Source: Chiloscyllium plagiosum
Taxonomy: Eukaryota
Direction: 5' to 3'
Length of the DNA: 52,938 bases
Assembly: GCF_004010195.1 (NCBI RefSeq)
Contig: NC_057718.1
Span: 70,645,741 to 70,698,678 of the forward strand
Numbering within the stretch: the first letter of the stretch is position 1; each line of letters starts with the position of its first letter. The notes beneath the pieces are model-generated. The model ran no database searches. It was not told the DNA's origin and saw only the letters and a list, made by a program, of their open reading frames with translations. This document shows, piece by piece, positions 39,038 through 51,150 of the stretch. The position numbers and the translations under genes are program-made.

Positions 39038-40524
39038 TTCTTCTTTCTCTTGACAAGAGCTTCAACTTCTTTAGTAAACCACAGCTGCCTCGGTTGAACA
39101 CTTCTTCCCTGTCTGACAGGTACATACTTATCAAGGACCCATAGCAGCTGTTCCTTGAATAAGCTTCACATTTCAAGTGTGTCCATCCCCTGCAATTTCC
39201 ATCCTATGCATCCTAAATGTTGCCTAATCGCATCATAATTGCCTTTCCCCCAGTTATAACTATTTCCCTATACAATATATATACCTATCCCTGCACATTG
39301 CTATTGTAAACATAATCAAATTGTGGTCACTATTCTAAAGTGCTCACTTACCTCCAAACTAACACCTGGCTGGGTTCATTTCCCAGTACCAAATCCAATG
39401 TGGCATCGCCCCTTGCTGGTTTGTCGGCATACTGTGTCAGGAAACCCTCCTGCACACCTTGGACAAAAACTGATCCATCTCAACGACTTGAACAATAGTA
39501 TTCCCTGTCAATATAGGAGAAGTTAAAGTCCCCATAGCAACTACCTTGTTACTCTCACTCCTATTGAGAATCATCTTTGCTATCTTTCCTCTGCATCCCT
39601 GGAACAATTCGGAAGCCTATAGAAAACTTCCAACAGGGTTTCCTTTCTTTTCCTGTTTCTAACCTCAGCCCAAACTACCTCAGTGGATGAGTCCTCAAAT
39701 GTTATCTCAGCTGCTGTAATACTACCCTTGATTAACAATGCCACAGCGGCCCCCCTTTTACCATCTTCTCTGTTAGAACATAGAACATAGAACAATACAG
39801 CACAGAACAGGGTATTCCGCATTCTTATTTGTTCTTCCAAAATGGACAACCTCACACTTGGCAGGGTTGAACTCCATCTGCCACTCCTCAGGCAGATGTT
39901 CTTACTGAAACATTTAAATCCCGGAATCTGCAACAACCATTCCTGTCCCTCCTCTAGCCATGTCTCTGAAATGGCCATAACATCAAAATCCAAGGTATCA
40001 ACCCATGCTGCAAGTTCACCCACCTTGGTCTGGATGCTCCTGACATTGAAGTACACACATTTCAAACCAACATCTTGATTGGCAGTGTCCTCTTGCAACC
40101 TAGTAAACTTTTCCCTGACCTCACTGCCCTCAACCTCCTGTACACTGGAACTACAATTCAGGTTTCCATCCCCCGAGTGATCTTAGTCAATGTTTGCAAA
40201 GTTGAAATTCCCAACAATTATCACCCTATTTCTCTCTCATCTTTCCGTGATTTGCCTACATATCTGTTCCTCTATCCTCCTCTTACTGTTGGGAGGCCTC
40301 TAGTCTAATCCCAGCAAAATAATCACAGCCTTTCTTATTTCTAAGATATACTCAGATGGGGCTCATTTGAAAACCCCCTGGGATATCTTTCCTCATTACT
40401 GCTAATGGTGGTTTCCTTTATCAATAATGCAATGGCCCTATCTCTCTTACAGCTTCCCAATTTATGCCTGAAACCTTCAAACCCTGGAATGTTGAGTGCC
40501 AGTTCTGTCCTTCCTTCAACCATA

Positions 40525-40851
40525 TAGAATCCCTACAGTGTGGAAACAGGCCATTCAGCCCTACAATTCCACACTGATTCTCTGAAGAGCATCCCACTCA
40601 GATTCACCCTCACCCAATCCCTTCTTTTTCCATGTCTAATTCACCTAACCTACACATCCATGGCCACTATGGGGCAATTTAGCATGGCCAATCCATCTAA
40701 CCTGCACATCTTTGGATTGTGGGAGGAAACCGGAGCACCCGGGGGAAACCCACACAGGCACAGGGAGAACGTGCAAACATTCGCCCGAGGCTGTAATTAA
40801 ACCCAGCTCCTGGCACTAGCAGTATTAACCACTGAACCACTATGCTGCCCC
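40525..40851 (-). mobile_element. HE1-like SINE
   Basis: Family body on the minus strand. Confidence 0.85.
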
Positions 40852-41269
40852 TCAGTGATTGCAACAATATAATTCCCACGTGCTGATCAACACTAAGTTC
40901 ATCCGCAGTCACGTTCCTTGCATTAAAATAGATATAACTTAGCTTTCCAGGTGTATCTGTGTGCCTTATCAAGCCCATGTCTTCTACTCCTGCTGGACTG
41001 TCCTTGCTCCCGACTTTATATCTTCTCTGTGCTCTTGTCAAATTAGTTTGAAACCTCCCCAACAACACGAACAAACCTCCCAGCAAGGATACTGGATCCA
41101 TTCCAGTTCAGGTGAAACCTGTCAAGCTTGTACATCACATCTACCCTAGAAATCGTCCAAATAATCCAAAAAACTAAAGTCCTCACTTCTACACCATCCC
41201 TTTTAGCTACACCTACATCTGACCTATCTTCTTATTCGTATACTCAGTACCATGAGTATAGATATCTAT

Positions 41270-41600
41270 AGAATCCATTTACCAGTCAAGGAAAGGCTGC
41301 CAGCATTCTCAAAGATCCATCCCACCCTAGCAATGTTTTTCTACAAACTTGACCATTGGGCAGAAGGTACAGAAGCTTGAAAACATGCACCAGCTGGTTT
41401 CGATACACTTTCTACCCTACTGTTGTTAGAATACTGAATGGACTCACAAACTCTTAACATTCGCCTGTACCTGTGTTTTTATTTTTGCCACTGTTTACCT
41501 ATTGTTTACTTATCTGTGCTACTTAACTCTGTGATTTGCCTGTATTTTTTCGCTGTGCCTCAGTACACGTGAAATTAAATTCAATCCAATTCAATTCAAT
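41270..41600 (+). mobile_element. Rex1/Babar-like LINE 3' end
   Basis: GRRYRSLKTCTSWFRYTFYPTVVRILN-like C-terminus and a (TTCAA)n tail. Confidence 0.65.
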
Positions 41601-42990
41601 GTGGTACTGGAAATAATTGGGAAATTGCAATCACAGCAGTCTTCCTCTTCATTTTACTACCTGTCTAAATTCGAACTGCAGGATCTAATTTCTTTTTTTA
41701 ATCCATGTCATTAGCACCAACATATACCATGACTGCTGGGTGTAGACCCTCCCCCTTCAGAAAGTTTGGTAGCTGCTCTGAGACATTCCCAATCATAGCA
41801 CCAGGGATGTTGACACTTATTGACAGTTCTGGGAAAGTTGGGGTTTAGGAACCCTCCATAGTAACAATCCTAAAGAGCACCCACCTATCCAAAAAGGATC
41901 CCTAAGGCAACCCCCTATCTGCCCGAGAAGCACATTTTCAGGGGTATCACGGATCTCCAAAGCCTTATAGCTAGTTAAAAGAAGTGCACTGAGGTCAGAC
42001 CTGTTTTACCTAGTCTAATCCACACAGTCTAGGTTTCAGACCAAGAGAGACTCCAAAATCTGATTTTAGTGGATGCAGCTCATCCGTTAAATGGTCAAGT
42101 GTCTCCATCAAATGCACATGCATAAATTATGGATTATCCCCAATCCTGCTCTCATGAAAATTAGAAATGCCAGGTTTCAGGGCATCACTTAGACCTCGTA
42201 ACACTTTACCACCATATTTGTTATGACAGACAGGGTTTCTATCACATTGAAAACCTGGGCCTTAATATTTCATATCCATCATAAACGTAGACCTCTCTTT
42301 TCTTTCTCTACTATTTGTCTGCCTCTGCAATTGTTTTAAATTTGATATGTCTCAACTTTTCTCAGTTCATGGAAAAGTCAGTATCAACTCTCTTTATCTT
42401 TCCACAGACGATGGTCAATCTAAATACAAGCAGCAATTTCTGTTTTTATTCTAGGTTTTTGGCATATTTATGATTTTCTATTTGCTACTGATAGTATTAA
42501 GCCAGCCATAATGACAATGCCATCTTAGATCAACAATTCCATGTTGGAACTGGAGAGGGAAAACAAAATAAATTGACTCGTGGTGGTAGGATCTATTGCA
42601 TGGAGGTTTCATTGATATGCTATTAAAAAGATACAAAGAGAAGGAATATTTCTACATAATACTCAGAAAATGCACTGGATACTGAGAAAACTATGAGGCC
42701 TGGCAATGTTATGGTGATAGTATTGAAGTTTGTACTCCAAAAGTAGCCACATGCCTAGTCAAGAACAGTTACAGAGCACTGAGGAAAAATAGCCAGCTAT
42801 GACTTGCCTACAAAGAACAAAATAAATTCGATCTGGCCATTTACTTCCATATTAACCAACTCAATTGACAGTGTTATCAGCATCACTTGGACAGCAATAA
42901 CATGCACGTAATGCTCAGTTTGTGCTTTGCCAGAGCTCCTGTCTTCATTAGACACTTGATCCAAATATGGACAAAAGAGTTGAATTAAGT

Positions 42991-43213
42991 CATGTTGTGC
43001 AGGGGCTGGTGTTGGACTAGGGTGGGCAAAGTCAGAAGTCACACGACACCAGGTTATAATCCATTGGATTTATTTCAGATCACACAAGCTTTTGGAGCTC
43101 AACTCCTTTCATTGCACTGCATCTGATGAAAGGGCTGCACTCCGAAAGCTTGTGCAATTTCAATTAAACTTGCTAGGCTTTAACTTGTTGTCGTGTGACT
43201 TCTGACTTTGTCC
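42991..43213. mobile_element. Penelope-derived hairpin element (degenerate; related to 44870-45076)
   Basis: Inverted arms caaagtcagaagtcacacgaca / tgtcgtgtgacttctgactttg; core ctgatga...ccgaaagctt at 43123-43151. Confidence 0.75.
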
Positions 43214-43249
43214 GCCTGAGGGAAGTGAGAGTGAGTGCCCTCGACATCG

Positions 43250-43893
43250 AATCATTGAATCTCAGCAGTGTGTCTACAGATTATTTGGCCCATGAAATCC
43301 ATACCGACCATCCAAAGAGCATCCTACCCAGACCCAGTCTGCTGCTCTATCCCTGTAACCCTACATTCCCCAAGGCTAATCCTCCTAGCCTCCACATCAT
43401 TGGACAATATGGGCAATTTAGAATGGCCAAGCCATGTAACCTGCACATCTTTGGACTCTGGGAGGAAACCGGAGCATCAGAGGAAACCCAGCAGACTCAG
43501 GGAGAATGTGCAAACTCCACACTGACAGTCACTGAAGTCTGGAATCAAACCCATCCCCTAACCCTGTGAGACAGCAATGCTGATTAAATTACTTACAGTG
43601 TGGAAACAGGCCCTTCGGCCCAACAAGTCCACACCGACCCGCCGAAGCGCAACCCACCCAGACCCATTCCCCTACATTTACCCCTGCACTTCACACTACG
43701 GGCAATTTAGCATGGAAAATTCACCTGACCTGCACATCTTTGAAATGTGGGAGGAAACCGGAGCACCCGGAGGAAACCCACGCAGACACGGGGAGAATGT
43801 GCAAGTTCCACACAGTCAGTCGCCTGAGGCAGGAATTGAACCCGGGTCTCTGGCGCTGTGAGGCAACAGTACTAACCACTGTGCCATTGTGTT
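43250..43893 (-). mobile_element. Two adjacent HE1-like SINEs (about 43250-43582 and 43583-43893)
   Basis: Two successive family bodies. Confidence 0.85.
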
Positions 43894-44869
43894 GCTCTGA
43901 CATCAAGGAATACTAGCAGAATTGTAGTCAACAGGAGTTATAGGGGAAATTCTCTAATGGGTGGAGTTGTGCCTAGCACAAGAAAAGATAGCTGTGATTG
44001 TTGGAGGGGCATTATCTTAGAGACAGGACACTGCTGCAGAAATTCATCAAGGTAGCATCCTATACTAAAAGCCCAACCAACTTCAGCAGTTTCAACAATG
44101 ACCTTCCTGCCTTCAGCCAATGGAAGACAACATTCAGCACCCTTTGTGATTCCTTCAATACCAAACCAGTCCATGTCCATATGCAGCATGATGTGGGCAA
44201 CATTCAGGGTTGGACTGATAAATGGTAACTGACAATAAGGCCATACAAGTGCCAGGCATTGGCCATGTCAAACAAGGGAGAACTTAACTATATCCCCTTG
44301 CAATTCAATGTCATTATGATCAATGAATCTACTATCAACATTCTGGGGATTGTCACTGATCACCATATAAATGCTGTTAAACTAGGTTTTTGGCTGGAAT
44401 TTTAGAGGCATGTAACTCACTCCTTACTCCTCAAAGCCTCAGTACTATTGTTATAAAGTCAAAAGAGTGTATGATCACTTTAAGACAGAAAACACTTTTC
44501 TGAGCTGAATGATTCACGTGTATCATGTCTAGCTAACAGGCACAGAGAGAGCAGAATTGATAATATGTAACAGTCAGCTTGGGATTGTGTTTTAATGTTA
44601 AGGCAACCTGATTTTAATTTAACCAATTAATTTAAATTATGTCCAGGATACTAAAACCCAATTGAATGTGAATTTATTGTATTGACAACATCGGACCAAT
44701 GAGAGGATACGATGTTGGTAGTATAGAAAGGTAAAGCATTTTGAAAAGAGTCAGAACTAATTGCCCATTGAACCAGAGAGCATCTGAAAGGGGTTTTCAA
44801 AACTCTTAAGGCAACATCTATTAAAGGTACCAAGAAATTTTACACAAAGACACTAACAATAAAAAGTAA

Positions 44870-45076
44870 TCATGATTCGGAGATGCCAGTGTTGGACTGG
44901 GGTATACAAAGTTAAAAATCACACAACACCAGGTTATAGTCCAACAGGTTTAATTAGAAGCACACTAGCTTTCGGAGCGACGCTCCTTCATCACCTGATG
45001 AAGGAGCGTCGCTCCGAAAGCTAGTGTGCTTCCAATTAAACCTGTTGGACTATAACCTGGTGTTGTGTGATTTTTA
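44870..45076. mobile_element. Penelope-derived hairpin element
   Basis: Near-perfect inverted arms of about 80 bp centred at about 44994; 12-bp TSD aataaaaagtaa (44858-44869 / 45077-45088). Confidence 0.85.
44992..45026 (+). ncRNA. Putative minimal type I hammerhead ribozyme
   Basis: CAC-CUGAUGA-A-GGAGC guc GCUCC-GAAAG-CUA-GUG: stem I CAC/GUG, palindromic AGCU stem III. Confidence 0.7.
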
Positions 45077-46072
45077 AATAAAAAGTAAGATGACCCAGGG
45101 AGAAGACAGCAGAATCGGAAGGATGGAAGGAAGCAACAGATTCAGAAGACTGGAAGGAAGACAACATAAGAGGCTGTATGGACTTTGAAAGATTAAGTTG
45201 ATTTAATGTTTAATAATTGTGTTATTAGAGCAGCACTATTATAGAGTGGGGCCAGAAAGTGATGTAGTTCAGAAGAACAGGAGCTTGGATCTATTTGTTA
45301 ATAGATTTTGTTTAGTGTTCACGATTAGAGTTAGGAAAATAAATTGTTATTTCTTTTCTTTAAACAGTGGCAATCAGGGATTTTCTTTCACTCACTCACA
45401 CGTTTAGCAGATTACAAAGTGATGCAAGCTTTTATGGGGTGTTAGTTTTAATTAGCAAAAGGGTTTGACTTCTGCATCACAACACTACCTATAAGGCACA
45501 AATGAAGACGTGCATTGGAATACTTCCCTCATGGCTGGATTAGGACAGCTCCAATATCCTCCAAGAAGCTTGGCACAAGCCAAAACAATGCAGCCAGCTG
45601 ATTGTCTCCCCCATTCTCTACTTTTAACATTTACTCCTTCTATCATAGGTGCACCAATAGAAGCACTGACTCAAGGGAATTTAGAGACACGCAACAAACA
45701 GTGGCCTAGCCAGAGATGCTTGAATGCCATGAAATAACAAAAAAAAATTAAGCCCACGAAGACTGCTTATTTTCTAAACAAGACCCTGAAGCTTCCATTG
45801 ATATTAGTGTAAATATAGAAAAATAGAGACTAGGAGCGGGAGGTGGGGAGCAAGTCATTCAACTTTTCAAGCCTCCTCTGCCGTTCAATATGATCATGGC
45901 TGATCCTCTTTCTCAATGCCATATTCCATTTTTTTCTCCATACCCTTGAATGCTTTTGGCCTTCAAAGTCTTCTATGGTAGACAATTCCACATGTTTCTT
46001 ACCAGTGGAGTGAAGTTGAACATTTTCCTCATCTCAGTCCTAAATGGTTACCCCATATCCTGAGACTGTGTA

Positions 46073-46764
46073 CAGTCTGTTCTGCTACAATAGCGGGTAG
46101 TTGTGTTCTTGTGTGATAGGAAATTGTGCAATAGAAATAACGGGGCTTATGGGAAAAATAGGGTTACGGATGAACCAACAAAAGTATCAGTAAAAGCCAA
46201 ATCAAAATTAACAGTTAGCCTAACACAAATGATAGCACGGTCTAAGGAAATGGTAAAATCATATATTTAAATGGAATAATACAATAAATTTAACACTTTA
46301 AGGGGTTTCTGAGTTTGCTGAATTACAGTAATGAATGAAGACGTGGGCTGAGGGTCATCAACAGCATCATTACTTTCAGGTGCAGTTCTGGGTGCAGGGT
46401 TATGACGAAAGAAATTACTTAGTCCAGAAATGGATGGCCGTATTTCATTGTCCTCAGGCTGTTTCTTTGGGGTTGGCTTAAAAAAGGCACCTCGTTTTTG
46501 ATGCTTTGCCATCTTTCTTCTTTCATGAAGAAGCTGTTCATAGGGTACCAGATAAGACTTTATGCCACAAACTGCTGTCCTGCTGCATTCTGCATTGTAG
46601 TCATTGCCTTCTAAGAGCTGCAACTGCTTCTCAACTTCCCTCAGGATAGAAGACAAAAAGGAAGTGGAATGTTCTCATGGTGCTGCATCCTGGACTTCAT
46701 CGCCTTCAGCTCGAGCTTCAATTTCCCCCACAACAACAAGCTGTTGTAGATCAGACTCCACTTA
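46073..46764 (-). mobile_element. Tigger/pogo-like DNA transposon 3' fragment
   Basis: Begins TA|CAGTCTGTTCTGC (TA target plus CAGT terminus). Minus ORF 46267-46656 (...LVPYEQLLHERRKMAKHQKRGAFFKP) resembles a Tigger transposase C-terminus. It is interrupted by CR1 and the other TIR is not seen. Confidence 0.65.
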
Positions 46765-49700
46765 GAGTCATAGAGTCATAGAGCACAGAAACAGACCTTT
46801 TGGTCAACCCGTCCATGCCGACCAGATATCCTAAACCAATCTAGTCCTACCTGACAGCATCCAGCCCACATCCCTCCAAACCTTTCCTATTCATATACCC
46901 ATCCAGATGCCTTTTAAATGTTGCAATTGCACAAGCCTCCACCACATCCTCTGGCAGCTCATTCCATACACGTACCACCCTCTGCATGAAAAAGTTGCCC
47001 CTTAGGTCTCTTTTATATCTTTCCCCTCTCAACCTAAACCTATGCCCTCTAATTCTGGACTCCCCCACCCCAGGGAAGAAGACTTTGTCTATTTAACATA
47101 CTCATGCCCCTCATGATTTTATAAATCACTGTAAGGTCAACCTCAGACATCCCATGGAAAACAGCCCCAGCCTGTTTAGCCTCTCCTTTAGCTCAAATCC
47201 TCCAACCCTGGCAACATCCTTGTAAATCTTTTCTGTACCCTTTCAAGTTTCACAACATCCTTCTGATAGGAAAAAGACCAGAATTGCGCACAATATTCCA
47301 ACAGTGGCCTAACCAATGTCCTGTACAGCCGCAACATGACCTCCCAACTCCTATACTCAATACTCTGACCAATAAAAGAATGCATACCAAACACCTTCTT
47401 CACTATCCTATCTACCTGCAACTCCACTTTCAAGGAGCTATAAACCTGCACTCCAAGGTCTATTTGTTCAGCAACACTCCCTAGGACCTTACCATCAAGT
47501 CCTGCTAAAATTTGTTTCCCAAAATGCAGCACCTCAGATTTATCTAAATTAAACTCCATCTGCCACTTCTCGGCCCATTGGCCCGTCTGATCAAGATCCC
47601 ATTGTAATCTGAGGTAACATTCTTTGCTGTCCACTACACCTCCAATTTTGCTCACCCTTTCTAGCCCTCTGATTATCTTATATGTCTCAATTAAGTCACC
47701 TCTCAACCTTCTTCTCTCTAACAAAAATGAGCTCAAGTTCCTCAGCCTTTCCTCATAAGACTTTCCCTCCATACCAGGCAACATCCGAGGAAAACTCCTC
47801 TGAACCCTTTCCAAAATTTCCACATTCTTCATATAATGCGGTGACCAGAATTATATGCAATACTCCAAGTGCAGCCGCACCAGAGTTTTGGAGCACTGCA
47901 ACATGACCTCATGGGTCCAAAACTCAAACCTTCTACAAATAAAGGCTAACACACCTTATGCCTTCTTAACTACCTTATCAACCTGGGTGGCAACTTTCAG
48001 GGATTTATGGACATGAACACCGAGATCTCTCTGCTCATCTACACTACCAGGAATCTTACCACTAGCCCAGCGCTCTTTATTCCTGTTGCTCCGTCCGAAG
48101 TGAATCATCTCACACTTTTCCACATCAAATTCCATTTGCTACCTCTCTGCCCAGCTCTGCAGCTTATCTATGCCCCTCTGTGACCTGCGACATCCTTTGG
48201 CATTATCCACAACTCCACCAACCTTAGTCTCATCTGCAAATTTCCCAATAACTCATCTGTCTACGTCCTCATCCAGGTCATTTATAAAAATGACATACAG
48301 CAGTGGTTCTAAAACAGATCCTTGCAGTACACCACTAGTAACTGAACTCCAGGATAAGCATTTCCCATCAACCACCATCCTCTGTCTTCTTTCAGTTAGC
48401 TAATTTCTGATCCAAACCACTAAATTACCCTCAATCCAATGCCTCCATATTTTGTGCAATAGCCTACCATGGGGAACCATATCAAATGTCTTACTGAAAT
48501 CCATACAAACCACATCAACCAGTTTACCCTCATCTACCTGTTTGGTCACCTTCTCAAAGGAGAAAGTGAGGTCTGCAGATGCTGGAGATCAAAGTTGAAA
48601 CTTTATTGCTGGAACAGCACAGCAGGTCAGGCAGCATCCAGGGTACAGGAGATTTGACGTTTCGGGCACAGGCCCTTCTTCAGGAAGAAGGGCCTGTGCC
48701 CGAAACGTCGAATCTCCTGTACCCTGGATGCTGCCTGACCTGCTGTGCTGTTCCAGCAATAAAGTTTCAACCACCTTCTCAAAGAACTCAATAAGGTTTG
48801 TGAGGCACGACCTACCCTTCACAAAACCGTGTTGACTATCCCTAATCAACCTATTCCTTTTTTGATGATTATAAATCCTATCACTTATAACCTTTTCCAA
48901 CACTTTACCCACAACCGAGGTAAGGCTCACTGGGTTTTCTCTACTCCCCTTCTTGAACAAGGGTACACCATTTGCTATCCTCCAGTCTTCTTGCACTATT
49001 CCTGTAGACAATGACGACATAAGGATCAAAGCCAAAGGCTCTGCAATCTTCTCCTTAATCTTACTCTAGTCATTCTTTTATTTCTGACATACCTATAGAA
49101 GGTTTTAGGGTTTTATTGATCCTATCTGCCAATGACTTGTCATGTCCCCTCTTGTCCTTCTTCGCGCTCTCTATAGGTCTTTCCTGGCTAACTGGTAACT
49201 CTCAAGCCCCCTAACTGAGCCTTCACATTTCATCCTAACATAAGCCTTCTTCTTCCTCTTGACAAGAGATTTAGCTTCTTTAGTAAACCACGGGTCCTTA
49301 GCTCAACCACTTCCTCCCTGCCTTACAGGTACATACTTATCAAGGATACGCAGAAGCTGTTCCTTGAATAAGCTCCACATTTCAATTGTGCACATTCCCT
49401 GCAGTTTCTTTCCCCATCCTATGCGTCCTAAATCTTGTCTACTCGCATCATAATTGCATTTCCCCAGCTATAACTCTTGCCCTGTGGTATATACCTAGCC
49501 CTTTCCATCGCTAAAGTAAACACAACCAAATTGTGGTCACAACCTCAAATCTAACACCTGGCTGGGTTCATTACACACTACCAAATCCAATGTGGCCTCA
49601 CCCCTTGTTGTCTATCTACATACTGTGTCAGAAAACCCTCCTGCACATATTGGACAAAAACTGATCCATCTAAAGTACTCGAATGATAGTATTTCCAGTC

Positions 49701-50750
49701 AATATTTGGACAGTTAAAAAACCCCTGTTACTCTCACTCCTATCCAGAATCATCTTTGTTATCCTTTCCTCTACATCTCTGAACAGGGTGACGTCTCCTT
49801 TCCTGTTTCTAACCTCAGTCCATACTACCTCATTAGATGAGTCCTCAAACATCCATTCTGCCACTGTAACACTGTCCTTAATTAACAAGGCCACGCCTTC
49901 CCCTCTTTTATCATCCTCTCTGGGTTCTTATTGATTTATCTAAATCCCAGAACCTGCAACAACCAAAATGTCCCTCCAAAATGGTCACAATATTGAAGTC
50001 CCAGGTACCAACCCATGCTGCAAGTTCACCCAACTTATTCTTAACGCTCCTGGCATTCAAGACATACTCCAAATCACCTTCCTGCTTGCCGGTGTACTCT
50101 TGCAACTTTGAAACCTTATTTCTGACCTCACTACTCTCAACCTCCTGGACACTGAAGCTACATTTAGATTCCCAACCCGATGCTGAATTAGTTTAAACCC
50201 TTTCAAAGAGTATAAGCAAACCACCCTGCCCCGGCAAGGATATTGGCACCCCTCTGTTTCGGGTGAAGACTATCCTGTTTGTAGAGGTCCCACCTACCCC
50301 AGAATAAGCCCCAATTATCCAGGTATCTGAAACCCTCCCTCCTCCATCATCCCTGTAGCCACATGTTCAACTCCTCTCTCTCCCTATTCCTCACCTCACT
50401 AGCACGTGGCATGAGTAACAAACCAGAAATAACAACTCTGTTTGTTCTACCTCTAAGATTCCACCCTAGCTCCCTGGATTTCTGCCTTAAATCCCCATCC
50501 CTTTTCCTACCTATATCGTTAGTGCCTATGTGGACTACAACTTGGGGCTGCTCCCCCTCCTCCTCAAGGATCTTGAAAACACGATACGAGACATCACAAA
50601 CCCTGGCATCTGGGAGGCAACACACCAATTGTGAGAATCTCTCATTCCCACAGAACCTACTATCTTTCTCCCTAACTATGGAGTCCCTAGTAACTAATGC
50701 TCTGCTCCTCTCCCCCTTCCCTTCTGAGCAACAGGGACAGACTCTGTAAG
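46765..50750 (-). mobile_element. Decayed CR1 LINEs (at least two copies joined near 47650; ORF1 remnant through 3' tail)
   Basis: Fragmentary ORFs with RT, endonuclease and esterase motifs (QHGFVKGRSCLTNLIEFF, VVHIGTNDIG, YRTLVRPLLEYC) and a (TCTATGAC)-type tail at the left end. Confidence 0.88.
48560..48771. mobile_element. Penelope-derived hairpin element with hammerhead core
   Basis: Inverted arms of about 85 bp centred at about 48683; 13-bp TSD caccttctcaaag; the minus strand carries CUGAAGA-A-GGGC cugu GCCC-GAAACGUC. Confidence 0.85.
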
Positions 50751-51150
50751 TCATCCTCCCCAACATTTTTGAGTGCGAGCAGCAGCTGAGTTTAAACGAA
50801 CCCGGAAGGCTACAGCTAAGGTGAGACAGTTTGTTTTAAAATTACTTACCGGTAGCGGGCAGCGGTGTTTTTTTTTCTCTTCACAGAAAGAGTGGGAGCA
50901 GCAGGGGGAAGTGACGACGACCAGAGGGGCAGCTGGAAGCTGGTGTAGCACAAGCTTACCTGGGTAGGTTTTATTTCCTATAAAAGCGCGCAGGAGAAGA
51001 ACCCAAGGCACTACAGAGGTAGTGCCTCCCACCCTCCCTCCTCCTCTAACCTAATAATAAGGCCCGTTGTGGTAAGTAGGTAAGTGCTGCATTTTGCTTG
51101 TTCTATTCTTTAGACCTATTTTTTTTTTTTAATAGGTTACTTTTAGAGGG

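Larger units (their letters stand above)
33790..41810 (-). mobile_element. Nested stack of minus-strand CR1 copies (youngest about 35443-40180)
   Basis: Multiple RT and endonuclease ORF fragments (PQGSVLGPLLFVIFIND, LKCVYFNVRS, PTRDGAVLDLILGN); hosts SINE, Penelope and Rex1 insertions. Confidence 0.85.
44449..45484 (+). mobile_element. Probable solo LTR inserted in an old LINE
   Basis: TGTT...AACA termini, near-TSD ctat/ctac, AATAAA near 45337. The host LINE sequence resumes on both sides. Confidence 0.6.
42690..45735 (+). mobile_element. Old CR1/L2-group LINE remnant hosting several insertions
   Basis: Degenerate RT-like segments (ALDI; QGSILKAQPTSAVS; ggttggactgataaatgg) separated by SINE, LTR and hairpin inserts. 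Confidence 0.6.

Noticed and set aside
41815..42230. Possible L1 or LTR coding remnant
   Set aside because: No motif I can identify with confidence.
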